Assembly (NCBI GenBank): GCA_044892525.1
Contig: CM097885.1
Location: 4,466,001-4,530,000, forward strand
DNA: 64,000 nucleotides
Direction of reading: 5' to 3'
DNA from: Schmidtea polychroa
Taxonomy: Eukaryota
Shown: positions 26,801 through 37,151 of the stretch, piece by piece
How the letters are laid out: each line of letters begins with the position of its first letter
Numbering within the stretch: the first letter of the stretch is position 1
Position numbers and translations under genes: made by a program
The notes under the pieces: model-generated
Database searches by the model: none
Seen by the model: only the letters and a program-made list of their open reading frames with translations
Told to the model about the DNA's origin: nothing

Positions 26801-28214
26801 TGATATAAAATCAGGAACAAGATATTTTCCTTTAGCTCCCATAAGAAGAAAGATTGATATCAACGAACTTTCTGAATGGCAAATCTCACAAGATAAACCT
26901 CCAACAATGAAACTTCTTTGTGATCAAACAGATCGAAGGTTTTATCTTTGTCACTATAGACTCCTCCAATTTTATCTTTCACGAGGAATGATATTAAAAA
27001 AAGTTCATAGTGTCATAAGATTTAAACAAGCTCCATTCATGAAAGCTTTTATCGAGGAGAACATTAGGTGCCGAAACATTGCAAAAAGAGAAGGTAATCT
27101 TTTTAAAGATAATAATTATAAAATTTTAAACAATTCAGTCTTTGGGAAAACAATGTAGAATGTTGATAAATATACTCATATTGAACTCCTAACAAATACT
27201 ACCAAAGATATTAAGCGTTATAATCGCATGCTAGGAAAGCCTACATTTAAAAACGCACAAGTATTTTCTGAAAATCTTACTGCAGTAGAATTAAAAAATT
27301 ATGAGAAAACATATAACAAACCAATATTTATAGGGTTTACAATTTTAGAACTTTCAAAATTACAAATGTATGAAACATATTATAACATCTTACAACCTAT
27401 ATACGGAGCAAATATATCAATGCATGCAATGGATACAGATTCAATGTTTTTAACAATAAGAACTCATGATTTACAAAAAGATATGAAAGAAAATCCTATA
27501 CTTTCAAATTTAATAAATTCATCTGGAGAACTATTTTCGTTTAAAGATGAAAAACCTTTTACTCCTATAGAAAATGGAATATTTATTCGTGCTAAACAAT
27601 ATTCATACGAAACATTGAGAAACCCTGAATTTATAACTAGATCATTTATATTTAAAACTCCAGAAACAGAAGAAACCATTACACATAGATATCCTATATT
27701 TCCTAAAGAAGAAAAACCTGTAAAGGATAACAGATGTAAAGGAATACAGAGAGTGGTTGCAAAGAATCTTTCTCATCAAGATTATATAGATACATTGAAT
27801 CCAAATCATAAAGATAAAATTGATGAAATACATCAACTTAAAAGTGAAAACCATGATATTCACTTGATAGAATCTCAAAAAGTATCATTATCAAATTATG
27901 ATGATAAGAGATTCATACTAAGTGATTTAAAGACAACTCTACCTATTGGAAATAATTTAATCCCTATAATAAAAAATCTAGAAAAGTTGAATAAGTTATA
28001 TGATACAAAGATTACTGATCTTGATATTTATAATGTTGAAATTATTTATCCCGAGAGAGAAATCGAGAAACCTTTATATTCTCAAGTTTTTAATTCTATA
28101 TGTTTAGAACTTAAATATTTTAATACTGATCCTGAATATATAAAAGGTCTAAGTGATAAAGAATTTAAAGATCATAAATTAATGATTCATAGGTTGGCTT
28201 TCAACCATAACTGA
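23895..28214 (+). pseudogene. polB: Protein-primed family B DNA polymerase (pPolB), one reading frame with two in-frame stops (TAA 25161-25163, TAG 27156-27158)
   Basis: ORFs 23895, 25206 and 27228 share one frame. N-terminal Zn fingers; ExoI YGDFES; DHDH..YRGAAH..CN; ExoII FHNLFGYD; KGIYPYDY; motif A YIDATALYSG; motif B KILNNSVFGK; motif C MDTDS. Confidence 0.95.
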
Positions 28215-28308
28215 AACCAACGATATTTAATTTTTTAATAATAAAATGTCGACAATTAATTTAAGCAACTATAGCAACCTGATCTACTTTTTTAAAAATA
28301 CACCCATT

Positions 28309-28920
28309 TTATAAGTAAGAATTCTTTAACCATTTTTCTCGAGATGTTTTTTTATTACTTATAACATTAGCCACCATGCCCTCCCTTTTTAATCTTATAA
28401 CCTCATTCTTTATATCTTGTATTATTTGATTTGATTTCATTATTTCTTCGTCTGTCAGGATTCCATCTTCCAAAGCTTTTAATTGAAATAAAAATAATTT
28501 AGAGATTCCTAATTCTATTGATAAACAAACTTCTCTATATAAACTTTTCTTTTTAGAAGTATAAGATAATGAAACTATTTCAGTTAAGAAACCATCAGCC
28601 ACAGAAATACTTCCAAGTATTACAGGTGCAAGAGTAACAACTGGTAAAGTTATGGGTAAAATAACTGTTAATATTGCAGATGCAAATCCTAAAGAATAAC
28701 CTATAACTTTTAAAACTGTATTCCTTTTATTCCATCTATTTTTAATTTTTTTATAATGCTTTAATAAATCTTGTAAATGTAAGGTTTCTGATTTAAATTC
28801 TTTTACTCTCATAATTTCAAGTTCTGTGGGAGCCGAGGCCTTGGAACCTTTGTGACCTTCGGAATAATATCCTGATGATCTCAATTCTGGGTAAATTTTT
28901 TCTTCTCTTACTTCTTCCAT
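28309..28920 (-). CDS. Polinton accessory membrane-associated protein (coiled coil plus hydrophobic hairpin), 203 aa
   Basis: Intact ORF with hydrophobic segment VIGYSLGFASAILTVILPITLPVVTLAPVILG; conserved in copy 2 (54820-55398). Confidence 0.8.
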   Translation of the reverse strand: MEEVREEKIYPELRSSGYYSEGHKGSKASAPTELEIMRVKEFKSETLHLQDLLKHYKKIKNRWNKRNTVLKVIGYSLGFASAILTVILPITLPVVTLAPVILGSISVADGFLTEIVSLSYTSKKKSLYREVCLSIELGISKLFLFQLKALEDGILTDEEIMKSNQIIQDIKNEVIRLKREGMVANVISNKKTSREKWLKNSYL

Positions 28921-28928
28921 TTTAATAA

Positions 28929-29939
28929 TTAAAAAAATAAGACTTTATTCTTCTGAGCACCATCTGGCACCAATACTCGGATATCAAAAGAAACTCTTGT
29001 TGAGAGGATATCTTTATACAATTCTCTCAATGCTTTACGAACTTCATCAACATCAACCTTTTTTTCATAAAATATTAAATCTATATATTGTACAAGTGAA
29101 CTAGAAAAATGAATATTCTTACTTTTAACTTTATGTAGTCCATGTGAATGAGTATTAACATACCAATCTCCGTGTGGTAAATCATAACTAGTCATTATAA
29201 CATCACCCTTTTCAAGCTTACTATTATAATCACATTTCACAAACCATTTCATTCTTTCATTATCATCATCAAACAAAAAGAAATAAGGATCAATAATTTT
29301 TACAACCATAAAAACACCCCATTCTTTACTGTTTGTTGTTATTAAACTTGGTTCTATAAAATGTTTATATGTATGGGGTAATAATGTTTTATTCTGTTCT
29401 AATTCAGCAGCTCTTTTTCTAATACTATGTGTGGTGTTAATGTGTGTTCCATGAGACTCTAAATTTGAAATTCTTTTATTAAATGATGTAATCATCTCAT
29501 TTATTATTTTATATATTGGATTAAATTTAGTATTCATAATTTGTTTATCTTTAGAATTTAATATAGCAGTATTTAACTTTACAACTTGTTCAGTTAACAG
29601 ACTTTGTAACTTGTCAAATTTATCATTAAATCGTTGTTCGATATTATTAAGCTTTGATTCCATTGAATCAATTTTTGTTGTTAATGAACTTTCAATTCTT
29701 GTTGTTGTTAAATCAGTATATTTTTTAACACCATTTACATATTTCTTATTAACTGCATCAGCTTCATCAGTTGGAAAAGATAATTCTTTTATCTTGTGTC
29801 CATTTAAAATTAAATCACCCTTCATTGAATCACCTCTTTCATTAATATATTTATTTTCTGTTAAAGTTAATATTTCTTCTGTATTAAACCCTGTTTTTAT
29901 TGTTCCACCACCTCTATTACATGGAATATAAGAACTCAT
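28929..29939 (-). CDS. Fibre-like/coiled-coil virion protein, 336 aa
   Basis: GDSMKGDLILNGHKI..PTDEADAVNKKYV resembles tail-fibre-type motifs; followed by a coiled coil and a globular C-terminus; adjacent to penton; conserved in copy 2. Confidence 0.65.
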   Translation of the reverse strand: MSSYIPCNRGGGTIKTGFNTEEILTLTENKYINERGDSMKGDLILNGHKIKELSFPTDEADAVNKKYVNGVKKYTDLTTTRIESSLTTKIDSMESKLNNIEQRFNDKFDKLQSLLTEQVVKLNTAILNSKDKQIMNTKFNPIYKIINEMITSFNKRISNLESHGTHINTTHSIRKRAAELEQNKTLLPHTYKHFIEPSLITTNSKEWGVFMVVKIIDPYFFLFDDDNERMKWFVKCDYNSKLEKGDVIMTSYDLPHGDWYVNTHSHGLHKVKSKNIHFSSSLVQYIDLIFYEKKVDVDEVRKALRELYKDILSTRVSFDIRVLVPDGAQKNKVLFF

Positions 29940-29979
29940 TTATTAATAATTTAAAATGGACGGAGTCCCCTGAGAGGAA

Positions 29980-30705
29980 CTAAACCTGTTTCAAATGTAA
30001 ATACATTGAAATCTCTTCTCCATTAAAATCAATCAATTCTCCTTCTTGATTAAGAATTTTAAAATTAATATCCATTATATATTTTCTACATAAAGGTAAA
30101 TAATTTGGAGGATTCATTCTTTCAACTATTTTATATCCCATAGGAACTGTGTTTGAGGGAAAGGAATATAAAACATTTGTTTGTTTACCATTATTATAAG
30201 AACCTGTTATACAATCGCAATGAATATTTATTGTGTTTGTATTTATTATTTTTATAATATGTTCTGATGTTATTATTCTATCTTCTTTTATTGTTATATC
30301 CATAGGTTTAAATCCTAAAACTGTGTGAAAGAAACAATTATCTAAAAAACTAATTTTTATATTCTTCAAAGTCATTACACATTTTGAAGTTGGTATATCC
30401 ATTTTAATTTTAATACCTTCATTTGTTTTTTTAGAAAGTATATCATTTAAATCTTTTATCTCATATGCCCCAGGTTCTATTGTTATAATTTCTGGTTTAT
30501 GCCCATCACGAGTTTGAATAGTAAATTTATTATTATCTTTAGTTATATTAAAAATCGTATTATAAGCACAAAACCATAATAGCCCCAATTCATAATTTAA
30601 ATTTTGATCTAATTTAATTGAATCTTGAAAGTTTATAGTAAAGTCTGATTCTTTTGAATTTATAGATAAAGTTCTTGAATATTTATCTGACATTATGTTT
30701 ACCAT
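29980..30705 (-). CDS. Minor capsid protein (penton, single jelly roll)
   Basis: INIHCDCITGSYNNG..VLYSF...GYKIVE..NPPNYLP...DFNGE pattern typical of Polinton minor capsid proteins. Confidence 0.85.
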   Translation of the reverse strand: MVNIMSDKYSRTLSINSKESDFTINFQDSIKLDQNLNYELGLLWFCAYNTIFNITKDNNKFTIQTRDGHKPEIITIEPGAYEIKDLNDILSKKTNEGIKIKMDIPTSKCVMTLKNIKISFLDNCFFHTVLGFKPMDITIKEDRIITSEHIIKIINTNTINIHCDCITGSYNNGKQTNVLYSFPSNTVPMGYKIVERMNPPNYLPLCRKYIMDINFKILNQEGELIDFNGEEISMYLHLKQV

Positions 30706-30789
30706 TTTTTTTTAAATTATCTTCCGGAGGGTTGTGAAGCTCCATTTCTTTAGTAGTAAATTCATATAGTAAAAATCCTTATAGTAAAA

Positions 30790-31256
30790 ATCCTTATAGT
30801 AGAGATTCTAGATCATTATAAATTTCTTGAATTATAGATTCAAAATCCTGCGTATGCCCCTTTCCCTCTCCCTTATTCAATCTATACAAAACATAAACTT
30901 AAAATACCACATATTTTAGTATTCAAAGGTTGAACTTGTAAAGAGTTAAAAGTATAACCATTTGGGGAATCAATCGGAGAACCCCTCAAGAGATAATCTT
31001 CAACTTCTTTAGTAGGTTTAATCCCAAAAGAATCAAAGTAGATAGATTTCTTATATATACAAACCCAATGAGATCCTTTTTCATTTGAATTTTGATAATT
31101 GATTATTATATTCAGGGGACTCTCCAGACTTGATAATTCATCATTCATTAATATTTTAATTTTTAAATTTAAATAATTTGCATAATCTTTCAAATCAAAA
31201 TTTGTTTTTGCATTTATTCCAAATGTTTTTAAAAAATCTAATATTGAAGGAGTCAT
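30790..31256 (-). pseudogene. Adenain-like cysteine protease with a frameshift near the C-terminus
   Basis: GSHWVC...YFDSFG...QVQ....ICG catalytic residues. A 2-nt deletion relative to copy 2 near 30892 gives an early TAG; the downstream frame continues DFESIIQEIYND. Confidence 0.88.
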
Positions 31257-31278
31257 TTTGTATTTTAAAACTTCGTAT

Positions 31279-32172
31279 TTATAACTTCGTATACTTATTA
31301 AATTTATCTTTTGAAATTATTCCTTGTTTTAACAAATCTTTAGAAATCTTTAAAATATCAGAATCTAAATTATTATGTCCTGCTTTCCTTGCAGCTAATA
31401 GTTTTCTTAATTCAATAAAAAGATTGATGGGATTTGGTTTACCACCTTCACTAATTAATCCCTCTCCCTCTGTAACAACATAACCCTTTTCATTTTTATT
31501 TAAATAATTCTTTAAATCTTGAATATATTTTGCTTTAGAACTAGCTCTTATTAATCTTATTAAATTTAAATATTTTTTAATTTCTTCAACATCATCTGAA
31601 GAATATCCACAAAGTAATCTATAAAAATCATCTGTAAATTCAAAGTCTAAATATTCATTATTATAAACATTTTGTGAATGAATACGTGATTTATTTTCTG
31701 AATTTGAATATAAAGTAAAGTTTTGTTTATTAATTGTTATTATTTGATATCCTTCAGTATTAGTATTAAATGTGGGTCTAATTGAAGGAGGTAAATCATC
31801 TCTAATTTTAGGATCAACTTTAAGAGGTTTTGTTTTTAAAAACATTTCTTCTTCTTCCACATTAGAAATTCTTCTGCGTTTTCTTTGATTTCTTTCAGAA
31901 TGACTTTCAGGATGGTTTTCACTGGATTCTTTTTCTTTATCCTGCCACTCTAGTTCTTTTATTTTTTGTTTTTTATCTTCTAACTCTTTAAATTTTGCTT
32001 GCTCATTGAAATCTTCCAACTCTTTTATAGCTTTAATTGTTGGCCCCTGTTGTTGTGTTATTACCTCATTTAATATTATAGATTCAGCATGTTGAGTTGT
32101 ATCTTTTTTATTATATTTATCTTGTTCTGATTGTAATTTTTTTAAAAGTGCTAATCTTTCTTCATATACCAT
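31279..32172 (-). CDS. Polinton conserved putative core protein (PZ-like), 297 aa
   Basis: C-terminal NPINLFIELRKLLAARKAGHNN..DILKISKDLLKQGII matches the conserved Polinton motif; NLS-like RKRRR. Confidence 0.75.
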   Translation of the reverse strand: MVYEERLALLKKLQSEQDKYNKKDTTQHAESIILNEVITQQQGPTIKAIKELEDFNEQAKFKELEDKKQKIKELEWQDKEKESSENHPESHSERNQRKRRRISNVEEEEMFLKTKPLKVDPKIRDDLPPSIRPTFNTNTEGYQIITINKQNFTLYSNSENKSRIHSQNVYNNEYLDFEFTDDFYRLLCGYSSDDVEEIKKYLNLIRLIRASSKAKYIQDLKNYLNKNEKGYVVTEGEGLISEGGKPNPINLFIELRKLLAARKAGHNNLDSDILKISKDLLKQGIISKDKFNKYTKL

Positions 32173-32194
32173 TTTAATGGTATCAAAAATGGTA

Positions 32195-32773
32195 TCATAG
32201 TTCGAAGGGCTTCAAGTATAATCCTTTACCATTTTTAGTTTTACAAAGGCATCCATTCATTAAAGATTTACATATTTTTTTTAAATCTTCTTTATCTTTT
32301 GAAGATAAAGATTCAGATGTAGAAATTTGATTTTTTAAAAAATCATTTAAACCTCTACCTTTATAAGGATCAAGATAGAGACCTTTGCCCTGAGACTTTT
32401 GCCGACTCCCCTCATATGGATTAAGATAGAGACCCTTTCCAACGGACACTCCCCCTTTAGCTTGCCCTACCTTCTTCATTGAATCGATTTCAGTTTGTAG
32501 TTTTTCTTTTTCTAGGTCTGTCTTTTGAGATTCTTTAGCTTTTTGAACTGTAGTTGCAATTCCTCCAGCTATTCCAGCAGCACCTGATAAACCAGCAATG
32601 ATTGCAGGTATTAAAGCAGCTAATGGAAGAATGCCACCTTCTTTAGCTTCGTGGAGCTTCGCTCTAACTTGTTCTTTTACATGTTTTCCAATAAAATATT
32701 TTTTACCATCAATTACTACTGATTTATTTTTATTTGAATTTATTAATTCTTGCAAAGATTCTTCAGTGGTCAT
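32195..32773 (-). CDS. Adenovirus pX-like core/membrane-active protein with GxGLYLxPY repeats, 192 aa
   Basis: EGGILPLAALIPAIIAGLSGAAGIA resembles adenovirus pX GGILPLLIPLIAAAIGA; three GKGLYLxP motifs. Confidence 0.75.
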   Translation of the reverse strand: MTTEESLQELINSNKNKSVVIDGKKYFIGKHVKEQVRAKLHEAKEGGILPLAALIPAIIAGLSGAAGIAGGIATTVQKAKESQKTDLEKEKLQTEIDSMKKVGQAKGGVSVGKGLYLNPYEGSRQKSQGKGLYLDPYKGRGLNDFLKNQISTSESLSSKDKEDLKKICKSLMNGCLCKTKNGKGLYLKPFEL

Positions 32774-32789
32774 TTTATAATAAACAAAA

Positions 32790-33594
32790 ATGGATGTACG
32801 AAGTCCAATAATTTGGAAACCAATTTTAAATAGACATAAGAGTAAATTTAATAATAAAGTATTTACTGATAATTTTAGATTATTAATTGTTGGTTCTTCT
32901 GGATGTGGAAAGAATGTACTTGTTTTGAGAATGTTACTTGAAGATGATTTTTTAGATTATAATAATTTAATCTTTTATTCTACAACCATAAATCAACCAG
33001 AATTACAACTTTTGAAATGTGGATTTGAAAATAAATTAACTAAAAAAGCAATAATTGATATTTTTAAAAATCAACATAGGTGTCCTGAAGAAGTTTTTCA
33101 ACCTTGTGATATGGTTGATTGGTATAAGGAAAAGATTTTAGAATCAGATATTAGTAATAAAAATGATTATATTTGTGAAGAAGGGCAGGAGGCAATTCAA
33201 GTTTTATTCTCTAATAAACCTGAAGATGTTTTACATTGTGATTTACTTCCTAAAGATAAAAAGAATCTAGTTATATTTGATGATGTTGTTAATATGAAAA
33301 ATCAAGAGATTCAAGAGTTACTTTACACGAGGTCGACATAATAATTGTAATGTTATTTATATATCTCAAACATATTATGCTTTAGATAAAAATTCAATAA
33401 GAAATAATTCCAATTGTTTTATATTTTTTAAATTAGATCGCCGTGATAAGAATATGATTTATAATGATTTATTTTCAAATGTTGAACCTGATAAGAATAT
33501 GTTTGATATGTTTGTTGATAATCATTGGAAAGAAAAATATAATTATATTTATTTGGAAAGAGAAGAAGCTGAAATATGGAAAAGTTTGTTTTAG
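32790..33594 (+). pseudogene. A32/FtsK-like DNA packaging ATPase, frameshifted near 33316
   Basis: Walker A GSSGCGKN and Walker B LVIFDD. The shifted frame continues YFTRGRHNNCNVIYISQTYY...IRNN to TAG at 33592-33594. Confidence 0.9.
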
Positions 33595-33605
33595 GGCTTG
33601 TCGAC

Positions 33606-35018
33606 TTAAAAATCTGTTTTCTGTAGTTCATTATTATAAAATCTACCTAATATTTTTTCATTATTTAAATCAAAGATGCTATATGTTATTGGAGTTGTAT
33701 AATGTATTTTATTTATAATAAAAATTTCATTTGTCCATTTTGCTGTGAATCCTTTTTCAAATTTATTTTTATATTTAAATATTCTTACTCGGTCACCAAT
33801 TTTAAACTTTGGTTTTTCAATAACATCATTTTCAATATTTACCACTTTAATGGTTTCAGGCTTCATGGAAGCATTTAAAGGTGTTAATTTTATAGAACTA
33901 TGTACATCATTATTATATTCATTTACAATCTTTTGTAACAATTCATTGTTCCATTTTTGTTTTCCAATAGCAGTAAAATATTTCCACATTTTATTTTTTA
34001 ATGTTCTATTTAATCTTTCAACTACGACTGCTTTTCCTTCGTTTTCTGTTGAATAGAATTTAATATCATTTTCATTTAAAAACTTTGTAAAAACTTTGTT
34101 ATAAAATTCTGTTCCTTTATCACACCATAAATATTTTGGGATTCTTTGATTTTCTTCAAATATATTTTCAAATGCTTCTGTAATGGAATATCCTGTTTTA
34201 TTTTCTAAACACCTTGCAAAGGCAAATCTTGTATATAAATCTATTACAGTTAAAATTATTTTATATTTTTCAGGAACTGATGATTTGGTTGGCATAAAGA
34301 CTAAATCTGCAGACCATGTTTGATCTTTTTCATGTACTTGAACTTTTAAATATTTTTTATTTTTTCTAAATTCATGGTGTAATTCGTTGGCATATTTTAT
34401 TTCTGATTCTGTTGGGGTTTGTAAACTAGTCTTGGCTGTACTCTCGAGGGATCTTTCAATCTCTGCTTGTTCGATAATCTTTTTATAAGCAACATCTTTT
34501 GCTTTCCTAGGAAGTCTTGCACCCATGGTGATCGGACTGTGTCCAAAGCCTATGAAAATCTTACCTTTCATTGCTAATTTAACTAGAGCTCTTTGAATCT
34601 TTTCTTGGGTTGATGGATTTTGGATACTATTTAAATCATGTATTAAATTCACATCTGCAACATGTCTATCTCTAAGATTTGTTGAATTGTATGCAATGTC
34701 ATGTTTTAAAGCTGCTTGATCAATTCTATTTATTGGTTCTTCTCCTTGTTTGGGATTATTATTTTCATCTAATCTAATATCTAGACGTGTTCCTGGTCCA
34801 GTATAGTTGTGTTTAAATAAATGTCTTTCACCTGGATATTTTTCTGTAGTAAAAGGTTTTAATATTGAAGATGTTGTTTTTGAAGATTGCAAATCGCCTC
34901 CAGCTCGTGGAATTAGATCACCTCCTGTATGTTTTTTAGTTTTTAAATGACTTGCTTTATGATGTCTTGTAACTTGACAATTACAACTTTCACATCTCCA
35001 ATATTTATTTAGAGACAT
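33606..35018 (-). CDS. int: Retroviral-like DDE integrase fused to an N-terminal Zn finger and a parvovirus-type phospholipase A2 domain, 470 aa
   Basis: WSADL, LWCDKGTEF and VVERLNRTLK (D,D,E); C-terminal KFKIGDRVRI..WTNEIF; PLA2 motifs YTGPG and DQAALKHDIAY; CESC..H...H at the N-terminus. Confidence 0.95.
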   Translation of the reverse strand: MSLNKYWRCESCNCQVTRHHKASHLKTKKHTGGDLIPRAGGDLQSSKTTSSILKPFTTEKYPGERHLFKHNYTGPGTRLDIRLDENNNPKQGEEPINRIDQAALKHDIAYNSTNLRDRHVADVNLIHDLNSIQNPSTQEKIQRALVKLAMKGKIFIGFGHSPITMGARLPRKAKDVAYKKIIEQAEIERSLESTAKTSLQTPTESEIKYANELHHEFRKNKKYLKVQVHEKDQTWSADLVFMPTKSSVPEKYKIILTVIDLYTRFAFARCLENKTGYSITEAFENIFEENQRIPKYLWCDKGTEFYNKVFTKFLNENDIKFYSTENEGKAVVVERLNRTLKNKMWKYFTAIGKQKWNNELLQKIVNEYNNDVHSSIKLTPLNASMKPETIKVVNIENDVIEKPKFKIGDRVRIFKYKNKFEKGFTAKWTNEIFIINKIHYTTPITYSIFDLNNEKILGRFYNNELQKTDF

Positions 35019-35056
35019 TTTAAAATGTTAAAATATCAGGGATTATATCAAGAATC

Positions 35057-36339
35057 TCACCTAACATTTTCGATTATTGAAATCTTTCCACCATCTAATT
35101 TCATTTCTATTTTCTTTTCTTCTAATATTAATGTATATACTTTAGCTTTAAAATTAGAATCCTTTGTTACATGAAGTGTAACATCAACATTATTTATGGC
35201 TAGGCGATCATCTTGGTCTGAAACATTTATACAAAATATAGAATATAAATTTTTGAAATCTTCTAAACTTAATTGCGGTTCAACTTTGAAATCATAACAT
35301 GTTTCAATATAATTTAGATATGGGAATATGTTTTCATTATTTTCAATATTAAATTCCATTCTATTTATTGGATAATAAGAACTATTTAATTGAATTTGGA
35401 TTGTTTTTAAATTATCAACTCCAATCTTTTGAATAAACAAGTTGTTATTTTTTGGAAAGATGAATCTACTTCTTTGAATCCAATCAAGATATATCTTGGT
35501 CGGTATGCTAAATTTGCTACCTTTATAGAATATGTTGAACCCTCTGTCATACTAAATTCACTACAGATTCTATTTAAATAATTTACATTTATAGACTTGT
35601 TGGAATTTAATCTTTCAAGGAGTTTAATCTCAGAATGTGGGTTTAATGTCCATTCAGGTATATGTAATTCAAGTGTTGATAATTTTAATTTAGCTTTTGT
35701 ATCTACAGCTCCATAGAACAATCTTTTATCACCTTCTACTCTATTACAGATGAATTCTATAAAAACATTATGAAGTATACGATTATAGTTTTGAAGGAAT
35801 CCAAACAAGTGTTTTAATTCAAAATAACCTTCAAATTTTTTAGATTTATAAAGTTCAGCTCTTTTATGGTAACCATGGTTTACATCTAAACCATCTTTAT
35901 CTAAATCCCCTTTATTAACATCAGGAATCCAACCTGTTAATTCACCATATTCGTTTTTATAATCACAACCAGTCAAAATAAAATTTAACATTGTAGAATA
36001 TACTCCCGGATGCAAAACAGTTTCAATTTCTGATGATCCTAGTTTTAATCTCATGTTGGAGAATAAATTTGGAAAGAAATTATTTTCTAGGGTTATATCT
36101 TTGTTTGCTTCAATTTCTAATTCGATTTTATAATATAATTTGGCATTACAAATATCTATAGGGTTTGATGTTTGAAGAGATTGAAAAACTATATCACCCC
36201 TACGATTTAAGTTTGCAATAGATCCTGAAGTTGGGGAGATTTTAAGTACATCATTTTTCTTGATTTCATGAGTAAATTCTTTATTATAATCAAGATTTAA
36301 TTTATTTTTTTCTTGAATTTTAAGATTTATATTATTCAT
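35057..36339 (-). pseudogene. Major capsid protein (double jelly roll), split by a 1-nt loss in an A-run near 35450
   Basis: ORFs 35407-36339 and 35057-35440 join to ~427 aa. Motifs NNFFPNLFS, LFGFLQNYNRIL, RPRYILIGF, YYP and YSIFCINVS are typical of Polinton MCP. Confidence 0.85.
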
Positions 36340-36395
36340 TTTTATATATTAAAATTTACACACACAAAATAGGATTAATTAAATATATTTTGTAA

Positions 36396-36477
36396 GCCAT
36401 TATAGCGGAGTGGGAATAGGCTTCAATTTTATCACCGGGAGTACCGGGTTCAATTTTCGATTTTGGTCAATTTTTTT
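36396..36477 (+). ncRNA. tRNA-like Pol III unit 1 (degenerate)
   Basis: A box TAGCGGAGTGG at 36403, B box GGTTCAATT at 36447, T7 at 36471. Aligns without gaps to unit 2 over 72 nt. Internal T4 runs suggest decay. Confidence 0.5.
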
Positions 36478-36638
36478 CGATATTTTTTTTCAACGGAATC
36501 TGATTCAGCGTACTGATTTTAGTATATATTTAAATTTTCAGATGGATCTGAGTGGTAGTTGTCGAGAAAATGAATAATTAATTATCAATTTCATCAATAA
36601 ATAGTCACACATTAACAACTTATTTTATATTGAGTATA

Positions 36639-36719
36639 GCTCTAATAGCTTAGTGGTAATAGCACTCGACTGCATTGCCAATACCAATGGGTTCAAATCC
36701 CATTTCGGTCATTTTTTTT
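36639..36719 (+). ncRNA. tRNA-like Pol III unit 2 (tRNA-Cys-like 5' half, non-pairing anticodon arm)
   Basis: A box TAGCTTAGTGG at 36646, GCA at canonical positions 34-36, perfect T-stem ATGGG/CCCAT around TTCAAAT, T8 terminator at 36712. Confidence 0.7.
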
Positions 36720-36881
36720 CAAATTTTTTTTTAACGAAATATTGATCAGCATACTCGATTTAGTACTTGTACAAATTTTTAATGAGATTGGTCAACGGCA
36801 ACTCTTGGAAATTTAAGATCAAAAACGTTTTAACTTAAGCTACCAAAAATTAATATATCCAATAAAAAAATATTTATAAAA

Positions 36882-37151
36882 ATGGATGAGTTAAAAGAAA
36901 GAATGAGAAATGAATTGAATGAAGTTAAACATAAGAGAATGAAAAGAAGAGAAGAAGAACCATTAGAATACATCAAAGAGTTGATGGTAGATAATGAAAA
37001 GTATCGACATTTTTATATGAAGGCTGTAGATGTTGCTGATATAAGATTGAAGAAAATGAAACAATTACAGGAAAGAGTTAAAGAACTTGAATCGATTATT
37101 TATAGTCTAAAAAATGACAAAAATCCAATCCTAGATAGCGCAGTGGGCTAG
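36882..37151 (+). CDS. Small coiled-coil protein of unknown function, 89 aa
   Basis: Intact charged heptad-rich ORF with AAAATG start context; its stop overlaps tRNA-like unit 3. Confidence 0.55.
   Translation: MDELKERMRNELNEVKHKRMKRREEEPLEYIKELMVDNEKYRHFYMKAVDVADIRLKKMKQLQERVKELESIIYSLKNDKNPILDSAVG

Noticed and set aside
27156..27158. Alternative nuclear genetic code (TAG as sense) explaining the shared pPolB stop
   Set aside because: TAG is the natural terminator of the penton and ATPase genes in the same element.
24404..27878. Short antisense ORFs inside pPolB and other Polinton genes (also 29611, 33745, 61287-63998)
   Set aside because: Shadow frames of real genes, with no motifs.
35430..35460. 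Programmed frameshifts in MCP, ATPase or protease
   Set aside because: The MCP shift is a single-base loss in a homopolymer and the protease shifts differ between copies; decay or sequencing error is simpler.
36396..36468. Unit 1 has TTA at canonical anticodon positions 34-36, suggesting an ochre/amber suppressor for the pPolB TAG
   Set aside because: Its anticodon and D stems do not pair and it has internal T4 runs, so it cannot be called a functional tRNA from this copy; worth re-checking only in intact family members.
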